Shown here piece after piece: positions 51,608-61,800 of a stretch of 64,000 nt of DNA (the stretch's first letter is position 1; each line of letters starts with the position of its first letter). The translations under genes and the position numbers were made by a program. The notes under the pieces are model-generated. The model did no database searches and was not told the origin of the DNA. It was given only the letters and a program-made list of their open reading frames with translations. The stretch lies in NCBI GenBank assembly GCA_044892525.1, contig CM097888.1:69812001-69876000 (forward strand), written 5' to 3'. This DNA is from Schmidtea polychroa. Lineage: Eukaryota.

Positions 51608-52372
51608 TTAATGATTCTGGTTTGGGTTATTTTCGGCGATTCTCATCAGGGTGGATTCCGCTTTAATAACTCTGTGTCTTAACTCGGGCAGCATTTCCAA
51701 CTGTCTGTTCTTTTCACGGGCCTCCCTTTTCATGTGCCTTATCTCCTTTTTCAGCCTTCTAATTTCTTCCCGTTTTTTGTCGAGGTTCCTTTTTAGTTCG
51801 ATTTGTAGGAAATCTTGTTCGTTTTCCTGCGAAAGGTTTCGTTGTTGTTGTTGTTGTTGTTGTTTTCTCTCGATCTCTTGGTATTTGCGAATCCATTTCT
51901 TCATTTCCTCACTTTCTCGTTGTTTTTCCTCCAATTGTCGATTTAATTTATTTATAGTTATTTGGTGTTCTTTCGCCTTGGTTTTCCAATAATCCTGGAT
52001 TACTTCTTCTGCCTTGAAGCTTGCCCTCTCTTGCCATAGTTCCTCTGCAATCTTTTCCCAGTTTCTTCCTCGTGTTCGTTGTTCTTGCAACCATTCATTC
52101 TTCTCTTCCGCTTCCCTCTTTATTTCTCCTAACACTTCGCACTCCTTCTTTAGTATTTTAATCATTTTTCGGTCTTCTATATATTTGTTTATTAGTCGCT
52201 CGTTTTCGTCCTTCTCTTCCCGTAACTTGGCCTTTAACGTTTGTGTTTCTGTTGTTTCTGCCTCAATCTCTCCCTCTTCTACGTCGCTCGTAATTTCTAT
52301 TATTTCCTCGATTTTCATATCTGTAATATGTACAGTTAATGGTGCGCTATAGTGCGACTTATACATATACAT
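51608..52372 (-). CDS. Coiled-coil accessory protein (E/K/R/Q-rich)
   Basis: Intact 254-codon ORF with heptad-like charged composition. Likely start 52318 (MKIEE). Confidence 0.7.
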   Translation of the reverse strand: MYMYKSHYSAPLTVHITDMKIEEIIEITSDVEEGEIEAETTETQTLKAKLREEKDENERLINKYIEDRKMIKILKKECEVLGEIKREAEEKNEWLQEQRTRGRNWEKIAEELWQERASFKAEEVIQDYWKTKAKEHQITINKLNRQLEEKQRESEEMKKWIRKYQEIERKQQQQQQQRNLSQENEQDFLQIELKRNLDKKREEIRRLKKEIRHMKREAREKNRQLEMLPELRHRVIKAESTLMRIAENNPNQNH

Positions 52373-52503
52373 TTATATAAAATTTTAATAGTTCGGGTTA
52401 CAGTCCCTTGAATACTTTTACAATACTTTAATTTTTTTTTTTTTTTTTTTTTTTTTGTTTGGGATATACGTCCCGATTTTTGTCTTTATCTTTTTATTCA
52501 CCC

Positions 52504-53559
52504 TTATACGAAGGTTTCCTCCTGTCCCACATAACCTTCGTCACTATCGACCGCTGGATGCAACTGTATCGCAATAGGGTCATAGGGTAGGTAATATTGG
52601 GGGATTTGAGCTCTCAATTCATTAACTTCATCTCTTAGAGCTCGAGTGATATTCAGCTCTTCGTCGAGCAGATAAGTGAGATACCTTGTCTCTTCGTCTT
52701 TCGCCTCTACTTGTCTATCTAAGGCCTTGATTTTCTCGTCGCCCTTCCATTTTTCAATTTCTATTTCCAAGTTTTTGATATTTTCGGTATACATTTTCCT
52801 CTCGTTTTCTAATTTTCTGTTTTTTCCCGCTAGGACCATGTTTCTTTGTTCTAACGATCCTTGTAGTCCATTAAGGTCTCTTTTCATCTCTTCGACCTGA
52901 TTTACTAATTCCACAACCCGTCCTGCTTGCTGGGTTATCATCTCTTCCATTGCAGCATTCTCGTGCTCTCTTATGTCGCATTTTATTGCCAAATGTCGTT
53001 CAAACTCCATAGCCTTCATCTGCCATGTTTGGCTTCGGGCGGCGACCTTTTTCAACCGTTTCAGTTCTTCCTTTATTATTAAATTTTCCTCCCATTTACC
53101 CTGTTCGCTCTCATATCCGAGTCTCATGGGCAATTCTTTCATCTCTTTTTTCATTTCATTGCTTTGTCTTTTCCATTTTCTCGCTTCTGCCACTAAGTGC
53201 ATCATTTTCCTTCCTTCTATTTGCTTTTCCGCTTCGCGCTTGGTGTTCTCATCGGTAAGTCTCTTTCTCGCTTCCTGCACTAGCTGCTTTAAGTAGTGGC
53301 TGTGCGCTTCTTGGCGGGTATTTTCTAGTGACGCCCATTTTGATGCTCTTTTGCATGCTTCTGCTTCCGCTCTTAAGTTGTGTATTAACCATTGGTATTG
53401 ACTATTCTCATCCTCTCTAGCTTCTTCGATGTGATTTCGGGTGAGATTAGTTAGTTGGAACATTACTTTGTTCCATTTTTTGTTATGTTCTCGGGGAATT
53501 TGTGTCTTGTTGACATTGGTTGGGACTATCGCAGTTTCGGTTAGTTTCTCTTGTGTCAT
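52504..53559 (-). CDS. Coiled-coil accessory protein, 351 aa
   Basis: Intact ORF, long charged helical segments, acidic C-terminus (DSDEGY). Confidence 0.75.
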   Translation of the reverse strand: MTQEKLTETAIVPTNVNKTQIPREHNKKWNKVMFQLTNLTRNHIEEAREDENSQYQWLIHNLRAEAEACKRASKWASLENTRQEAHSHYLKQLVQEARKRLTDENTKREAEKQIEGRKMMHLVAEARKWKRQSNEMKKEMKELPMRLGYESEQGKWEENLIIKEELKRLKKVAARSQTWQMKAMEFERHLAIKCDIREHENAAMEEMITQQAGRVVELVNQVEEMKRDLNGLQGSLEQRNMVLAGKNRKLENERKMYTENIKNLEIEIEKWKGDEKIKALDRQVEAKDEETRYLTYLLDEELNITRALRDEVNELRAQIPQYYLPYDPIAIQLHPAVDSDEGYVGQEETFV

Positions 53560-53753
53560 CTCTAAATCATAGACATCGATTAAGCTTTTTATTATGAAAA
53601 AGGAATTTATTCATTATTTGCTGTTTCTTTGGAAATTTTCGCATCATTTTTGGGTTTACGTATTTAGGGTTTTTCATACTATTATTATATAATATTTTAT
53701 TGGTTATATACACCGATATATACAGATTATTATATACAACATTATTCGATCGT

Positions 53754-55142
53754 TTACTCCGTTCTGCCCTTCTCCTCTTTCCTTACGGTCATCTTGATAT
53801 ACACCGTGCCATTTCTTGCCATATCTTCTACTTTTTGTTGTAGGATGAACGTAGGTGCTCCTGTTGCTGATCCTTCTTCTTCCGTAGGTCTCTGGTAACA
53901 CATTTGGTTTCCAGTTGTCTTGAAGCTTTGTTCGTGGATGTTTCGGTCATTCATTAGTGCAATATCGATTTTCGCCTGGAACGGCCACTCTATTATTTCG
54001 TCGTATTCTCCTTTACATAACAGAAAGAAAATCGAAAAGTGTGTGTCTAATCCGGTTCCGTCCCCGTTGGGATATATCTTCATTTTCATTTTGTACCCAT
54101 TTTTCCAAGAATGGAATGCAGGACTTGTTATTCTTGTCTCTTCTCCGGTTTTTGCTTTTCGTATTCTTTCCTTTACTCCCGTAATCTTCCATATGTAGGG
54201 TGCTGTTGGGGTTATCTCATTTAGATTTATTTCCCGTATTTTCTGATGTAGCTCCTTGGCCTGATTATTACTGATTTCTATTCGGTTTATTTGCATCTTT
54301 ATGTTTGCTCGGGCTTCTTCGAACGCTTCCCTTTCTTCTAGTAGTTCTTTGACTAACACTTTCAACGATGCTATCTCTATCTCCATTTGTTTTACTTTCT
54401 CCTCGCTTTCTTGTAACGCAGTCGACCACATTTCTGCGTGGGTTGAAGCATTTTCTACTAAATGATGTGGTAACTCCCCTCGGTGTAGTAGTTTCTGACA
54501 ACCCCATTTGCCTAGTACGCATGTCATTCTTTTCTTTTCACATTCCCTTAGATGCTGTGCCACCTTCATTATTTCCCCTTGGTTACATCCGTTTGGGCAT
54601 TCCCCACTGAACTCTGCACATACTCTCTCCTCTTGGACATTGTGATGTTTGAGGGTGAGATTTTTCCACGTATCTATTTCTCCACAGTGTTCACATCTTT
54701 CTAATCTCTCCTCACACTGCCTTTGATGCTCTTTTTCTTCGCTTGCTCGAATGGTTTTATGGCACCTTTCACACTGGCCAATTCTGTACATACATTCTCC
54801 CATATGTTGTACTACCTTCCATATTACTCCTTTCCATTCGCATGGGGCATTTTTGCATCCCAGGTTGGTGTTTAACATGTCTTTCACTGCGGCTTTATCC
54901 TCGTTAGTGTCTTCTAAACTCGATATTAGTGTCTCTTTACACACCGGGCACCTCTGTGGTCTATTCTTTATTGCTTCACTGATACATTCTTTACATACTC
55001 TGCATCCACATTGGGTTTGGTGGGGTTCTTTTAGTAACTTTTCACAGATTCCGCACATAACATGTTTGTGTATTCTGATCGTTGTAGATTTTCGGACTTG
55101 CTCGACAATCTCTCTGAACTCTTCTCTTTGTCGTTTATCCAT
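53754..55142 (-). CDS. TRAF-family protein (RING, TRAF Zn fingers, coiled coil, MATH/TRAF-C), intronless, 462 aa
   Basis: RING CGICEKLLKEPHQTQCGCRVCKEC...CPVC; Zn fingers CKNAPCEWKG..H...C and CEHC...H; MATH PYIWKITG...SPAFHSWKNGYKMKMKIYPNGDGTGLDTHFSIFFLLCKGEYDEIIEWPF. Confidence 0.95.
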   Translation of the reverse strand: MDKRQREEFREIVEQVRKSTTIRIHKHVMCGICEKLLKEPHQTQCGCRVCKECISEAIKNRPQRCPVCKETLISSLEDTNEDKAAVKDMLNTNLGCKNAPCEWKGVIWKVVQHMGECMYRIGQCERCHKTIRASEEKEHQRQCEERLERCEHCGEIDTWKNLTLKHHNVQEERVCAEFSGECPNGCNQGEIMKVAQHLRECEKKRMTCVLGKWGCQKLLHRGELPHHLVENASTHAEMWSTALQESEEKVKQMEIEIASLKVLVKELLEEREAFEEARANIKMQINRIEISNNQAKELHQKIREINLNEITPTAPYIWKITGVKERIRKAKTGEETRITSPAFHSWKNGYKMKMKIYPNGDGTGLDTHFSIFFLLCKGEYDEIIEWPFQAKIDIALMNDRNIHEQSFKTTGNQMCYQRPTEEEGSATGAPTFILQQKVEDMARNGTVYIKMTVRKEEKGRTE

Positions 55143-55227
55143 TCTATAATTATATGTACATATAGTTCTTATCGATACAGGTTCGATATTTTATTTACAG
55201 TTATTTACATTTTAAGCTAGGTTTGGT

Positions 55228-55587
55228 TTAGGGTTCGGAAGAGTCGGCTTCGTGTCCGCTCTCCTCTCTATTCATTAACCATTCCGACCAGTCTTCTATT
55301 TCTGTCTGTTCTGCTTCCTCCATCATTCTGTTTAGTTCAATTTCCTGTCTACGGCTATATTGGGTTATCCTCTCTATCTCTCTTTGCATTTGTTCGATTT
55401 TCAACCTCTGGTCTTCAATTATCTTCAAATAACTAAATCCTCTATTCATACTCTCGATTAGGTTTCTGTGCATCGTCAATCCTTGTTCTTGCAAATTGGA
55501 CACTAATTGTGCTAATACGGCACATTGTTGCTTCCATAATTCTTCAGTTACTGTATTGTGGTTCATTTCGTTATTTCCTTGATCCAT
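55228..55587 (-). CDS. Small coiled-coil accessory protein (~119 aa)
   Basis: The track ORF starts at TTG 55611; first ATG is 55587 (MDQGNN). Acidic tail resembles that of the 351-aa ORF (EADSSEP vs DSDEG). Confidence 0.6.
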   Translation of the reverse strand: MDQGNNEMNHNTVTEELWKQQCAVLAQLVSNLQEQGLTMHRNLIESMNRGFSYLKIIEDQRLKIEQMQREIERITQYSRRQEIELNRMMEEAEQTEIEDWSEWLMNREESGHEADSSEP

Positions 55588-55880
55588 TCTTAATTTATAT
55601 ACACTTTTCAACTCTTATTTAAAGTTAATTTTATTTTATGGTTCCCGTTATTGTATAATATTAATACCGCGCTTATATAAAGATATAGTACTGTTATATA
55701 CATAAGATATACTTACTTTTTACAATTATATACAGTCATATTCCTTTCTATATACGTGAGTTTGGAGGGCGCTGAGCGTTCCAGGCCTCCACCCACTGTT
55801 CCTGTTTGATAACACTTGGTCGTTTCACTCGATGTTGGAAATTTCTGATTCGGGTCATCTCTAATTCTCCGCGATGTCGT

Positions 55881-58800
55881 TTATCTTTGATTATTTTTAT
55901 TGTCGCCCCCCGTTATGATTAGGAAGGCCCCTGTTATTATTATCCCACTGATCCACATCATCTGCTTCACGCTTATATTCTCTGGTTTCTCCTTGTTCGT
56001 TAATGTTGATATCGCTTCTATACCTTTCTCGTTTCCTCTTTTGCCATTTCCTTTCATCATTTCCCGTATTCTTGCTATTTCCTCGTTCATACCCTCCTTT
56101 GCCATCTTTTGTATTTTTTCCATCTCTTCCTCCGAAACATAGTTGTCCTGAGCTTCCTCGCCGGTTTTCTTGTGCTTTCCTCCTTCGTTCTTTTCGTCGT
56201 GGTTTTTTCTTTTCTTTCCTCTTTTCCCTGGGTATCGTCGGCATTCTCTTTTTGATTCATTCCTCCAGATACAAACCGTGTATTCTTTCGGCGGCTGCTG
56301 CTGCGTCACATATTGATGGCATCTCTCACCTGGTCCTAATCTTGAAATACAGACTTTGTGCTCTCTTCTAGGTTGGAGCTGCGTTATTACTATTTCACCA
56401 CCTTTTCCTAGGTGTACCTCTTTTCCTTTAACGTTCGTTATTCTCTTCCCGTCTCGATTTCGGTATGCTTCTTGTATTCTTACTTCTGTTATTGGTTCTG
56501 TGTCCTCATTTATCAGTACTAGTTTCTGATACGCTCTAGACATGCATCTTCCTAGTATGCACCTTTCCTTTAAGTCCCATTCTTCCTTTAAATCCCACTG
56601 CTGCTCTTGTGCTTGCTTTTTCTTTTCTTGTTTTAGTTCATCCTCTTTGCTATCTTGATTCTCCGCTTCTTTGGTTTCTTTTATCGTTCTCGTCCCTCCA
56701 TGAGCTGTTACTAACTCTATCATGGTAAGCATAATTATCATTAATATCATATTTGTCTCTATTTCTTTGTTAGTGAAAGGTAGGCATACCCTCTGTTTTC
56801 CATTATTCGGTTTTTCCTCCTCTTTGGTCTTGGTTCCCGGGCTGTTTCCCTCTCTTTTCGTATCCAAATCCTTGTTTTCCGGTTTATCCTCTTCCGGTTC
56901 TCTTTTCCCTTTATCCTCTTTTCGGCCTTTTCCGTCATTGTCATCGTGTTTATCTCCCCCGCTGTCGTTTAAAATGTCGTCCTCGACATTTATATCGTTC
57001 AATAATCTGCGATATGCTGTTAGCACTCTGTTTCTTGCTAATTTTGCTTCGAATTCAAACTCTTTTCTACCCGTTGCAGCATGTCTCTTTCTATTCCATT
57101 CTTTAACTAACTCTCTCAATTGCATACGACGATGTTTCCCAATTCGTTGTTGCTCGTTCTGATTTTGCGTGAATTTTAGGTCTTCTCTATTTAATACTAT
57201 TAAAATAATTTTAGGCGTCCCCCCTTTAGTTAGGGTATTCTTTACCATCGCATTTTCTCCGTTTTCGTAGAATTCGTTTACATTTATCGCATATTTATTA
57301 TTTTGTGGTACCTTCCATGTTAATAATAATTTCATTGCTTCTAGATTTTTCCGTACCGTATTCCATTGAAATTGAGATGTGTTTTTGCACATATTCTCAA
57401 CTTCTTCTTTTGTCGCATTTTTGCAAATAAATCTGATCATTTCTAAGTTTGGCTGTATGGTTGCCCAGTCCAATGTGGAGTTCCCTTCGTTTGATTTTTC
57501 GTCTAGTCTCGATCCTGATTGATGTAAGATGTGGAGTGTTTTTGGGTGTATTTTCGTTATAGCTGCATACATCATGGCGGTTTCACCTTGTTCATTTTTC
57601 GTGTTGGTTTCCTCACCCATCTCCCCAAGGATTCTCATGATCGTTATTGCTCTATTCTCTTTTGCAGCTAGTATTGCTTGTTGTAGAGGTGTTCTGGAAT
57701 CCTTTGTTACCATCGTAAATGCTCGAGGCAAGAAGGTTTTGATTTTCCCGATATCTAAACCCGTGGTTTGATCTCTTGCGTATGTGTGTACGGCTTTTAT
57801 TATTTTGGACAATATTATTTCGTCTGGCAGCTCTAGCATTTCCTCAAAGAACACTTCTTTTGCTTTGCGTATTATTGCCTCTTGATCTATACTCATTGAT
57901 TTGGTTTCGATGACGTTGTTTGTGACCGTTTGGTTCGTTGTTGACTTTGATTCCCTTGATTTCTCATACCTTATTTTCGTTTTCTTTCCGTTTGGATTAT
58001 TGATTCGTTCCTCTGCTGTAAGTATTTGGATAATATCCAGGTAATTCTCGCGGATGTTATTCATTGTGTCCATCATATATAACACACTTACCGTTTCCCA
58101 ATATTTATTTCGTACTTGGTTAGTAAATTGGAATATTGATTTTTCGAATGTGTCGATTCGCTTTTTTGCTAACTGTTCATCTTTATGATTTGTGAATTTT
58201 ATCCCTCGTTCTAGTAATTGATTCGGAATTTCGAATAAATGATGTCCTTTCATAGCTTCTCTCATCAGCGTGTTCTCTCCTCTCGTGAACGCTTCGTTTA
58301 CGTTGATCATATAATCGTTTTGAATTGGATTTCTCCATGTAATTAATATTCCGGTAATTGTTGTCAGTTTCTCTTTGATCGCTGTTAATAATCCATCATA
58401 CATGTTTCCGACTTCTCGATTGTCCTCATATGATAGTAGTTCCATCAACGACGTGAACGCCTCGGTACTTTTCCCTTCGATAGCATGATGTAGAGCGTTT
58501 TTCCGCTCGTGGTCTTGTGTAGTTATTTTCGATCCAGTATCGAGTAATGCGGTTATAATGTCTTTTGTTTTGCCTCTGTTTGCGGCTATCATTAATGGTG
58601 TGTAACCTTGGTTGTTTGTTTGTTCTGTTGATCGCTTGCAGTCGTGAAATGCTTCTATTGTTTCTAGTATTTGCTCGTTGTTACCTACTTTCATGAGTTT
58701 GTGTAATGGTGTGTCTCCGTAATGATCTGTTATTGTAAATAATATTGGCCATTGGCTTTTGACTACTCGCAATAATGGGTGTGTCCTTTCTCTATTTGCA

Positions 58801-61800
58801 TAGTTCTCGATCATCGTCAATAATCCTCCTAATATTTCGAAATCTAATCGATCTTTTGCCCATCCAGGTATTTTAATTTTTACCTCTTTTACAATCTTTT
58901 CCGCTTCTGATGGTTGGATACCCAATCGTCCGGTGATCGGTTCTGCGAGTTGTTGCATCATGTTCATTCTGTAGGTTTGCGAACGTGTGGTTAATGTACG
59001 GCCCTCTGGTTGACTAGTGGCTGTTTTTGGAATTGATTTGCATCGTGCTACGTTTACGTATATTGGCCTGGTAAATGGGTTATTTACCAATTTCACTCTT
59101 ACATTGGTTTCGCCTACGAATAAGATCTCATATGGTCCTTTTCCGTTGCGTTGTAACTTTTTTGTGGTTCCTGGAATTAATTCCGGGGTTTCTATCATTA
59201 CCCAATCACCTGTTTGAAACGTATGTTGCTTCACGTTTTTCTTTCGATCGTGTAAATCTTTATAACTTTCCTGGTAGAACTTGATATTTAATCCCGCAGT
59301 TTCCCAAATCTCCTGCATTCTTTCCTTGAATTTCGTAACATAATCGTCGATCTCCATATACTGCGATATCGGTGGTTGGTATTCCAGGTCCATTGGCATA
59401 TTACATTCTCTTCCGTACATTAATTTGAATGGGCTCATTTTCGTTGATGCGTGAATCGACATTCTGTACGCCATAAGACATAGGTTTATATATTCGTCCC
59501 AATCTCGTTGGTGACGGTCAACGTAGTTTGATAACATTTGTATAAGTGTTCCATTAAATCTTTCCGTCATCCCATTGGTTTGGGGGTGGTATGGAGATGT
59601 TCTTAGTTTTGCTATTTTGAAGTAATTTGTTACTTCGCTCATTATCTCACTCATAAAATTAGTTCCCTGATCGGTTAATATCTGTTTTGGTGTTCCATAT
59701 CGGCAACATATCTCTTCTACCAGAATTTTTGCGATTGTTTTAGCTTTTTGGTCTGGCATCGCGAATGCTTCTGGAAATTTCGTAAGAAAGTCGGTAATCA
59801 CTAAAATATAAACGTTTCCTCTATCCGATTCCGGTAATGGACCAACTACGTCCATTGATATCATCGTCATCGGCTCTATTGGTACGGGCATTGGCGTTAA
59901 AGGCGCTTTCCATTTTGATCCAGTATTTTTCCTGGTCGCACAAGTTAGGCAATTTTTTACCCATTCGGTTACATCTTCAGTTAACGTAGGCCAAAAATAT
60001 TTCTGTTTCATTCTTGCTAACGTCTTTTTCGATGACATATGTCCTCCCAATCTCCCATCGTGATATTGCGTTAGTAACTCTTTTCGTCGGTTTTCCGGTA
60101 TACACATTAATCGTTTTTCCCCATCCATTATCAGCAACCAATCTTTCTCTATAATATATCGGTGTCGGTGTTTATCCATATGTTCTTTTAATTTTTGGTC
60201 TTTCGCATATACATCTGTCTTTCCGGTTTTTACATAATCGATAATTTGTTTTAATTCCGCGTCCTCTTGTTGGTTCTTTCGCAATTGACAGAAATCTAGG
60301 TCTTCTGCTACCATTAGGCATATGCGTTGCATTTCTGAATCCACCAAATCTGGAAAAATAAATCTTGACATACAATCGGCGTTGGCATTTGCTCTTCCCG
60401 CTTTGAATTTTATAAATGGGGAGTATTCTTGCAATTGCATGGCCCATCTCATCAGTCTACTGGACGCTTCTTTATGTTGCCCTAACCACACTAATGGTTG
60501 ATGATCTGTGGTTATACATATCTCATGTCCCCATAGTAAATATCGGAAGTGTTTGATAGCTTGTATTATAGCCAATGCTTCTCGTTCTGTTACCGAATAG
60601 TTCTTTTCGTGCTTTTTGAATGTTCGACTGTAATACCCGATTACTCTCTCTTTTCCTTCATCGTCTAATTGTCCCAGAATCGCGCCTGCCGCGTACCCGC
60701 TTGCATCCGTTGCCAATAGAAATGGCTTCTTAAAATCTGGGTGTACTAGGATAGGTGCTTCGATTAGTTTATCTCTCAGCGTTTCAAACGCCTCTTGTTG
60801 TTCCTTCCCCCAAATGAACGAAATGTCCTTCTTTACTAATTCCTGGATTGGTTTTGCAATTTCTGCATAATTTTTTATAAATTTGCGATAGTATCCGCAT
60901 AATCCTAGAAATTCCTGAACTTGGGTGACAGTTTTCGGTGCTGGACATGTTTTTATTTTCTCAATGTTTCTTGGATCTGGCTCCTTTCCTTTAGCTGACA
61001 CTATGTGTCCTAAAAACGTGACTTTTTCCTTTGCCCAATCGCATTTTGATGGTTTGAGTTTGAGTTTCCACTGTCTTAATCTAATAAATACGTTTCGGAT
61101 ATCTTCCAGATGTTGTTCAAATGTCGCTGAATAGATTAGTAAATCATCAATATATACCATACATTGTTTGATTCCATGAGTGACAAAGTTCATACACCGT
61201 TGAAATGATGCTGGTGCGTTGGTCAGTCCGAATAGCATTTTCCTGAATTGATATAGATCTCGTCCCAACGTGAAAGCTGTTTTCTCTTTGTCCTCATCTT
61301 TGACTTTAATCTGCCAGTATCCACTTTTTAGATCTAAAGAAGTAAAATATGCTGCCCCTTGCAACATCAATAACATCTCATTGATGTCCGGCAATGGATA
61401 GGTATCTCTCTTGGTTACTGCGTTTAACTTCCGATAATCGATACAGAATCGTTGGGTGCCATCTTTCTTTTTTACCATGACCACTGGGAATTGCCAGGGT
61501 GAGCAACTTGGTTCGATTACTTTTGCGTCTAGCATCTTTTGTACTTCTGCTTCGGCTATTTCTTTTTGCATTTCTGCTAGCTTGTATGGTCTTAATGCAA
61601 TTGGAGTTTCATCTATGAGGGGTATTGCATGTAGGGTAACATCGCATGTACCCAAATCTAAATCTGAGATGGCGAATATATCTTTATATTCTACCAACAA
61701 TCGGTGCAATTTTTTCTTTTCATCATTCGTCAACAACATACTATCTATTGTCCATAATTCATCATCTTTGATCATCTCGTTGGTCACTTTCGGTAATTCT

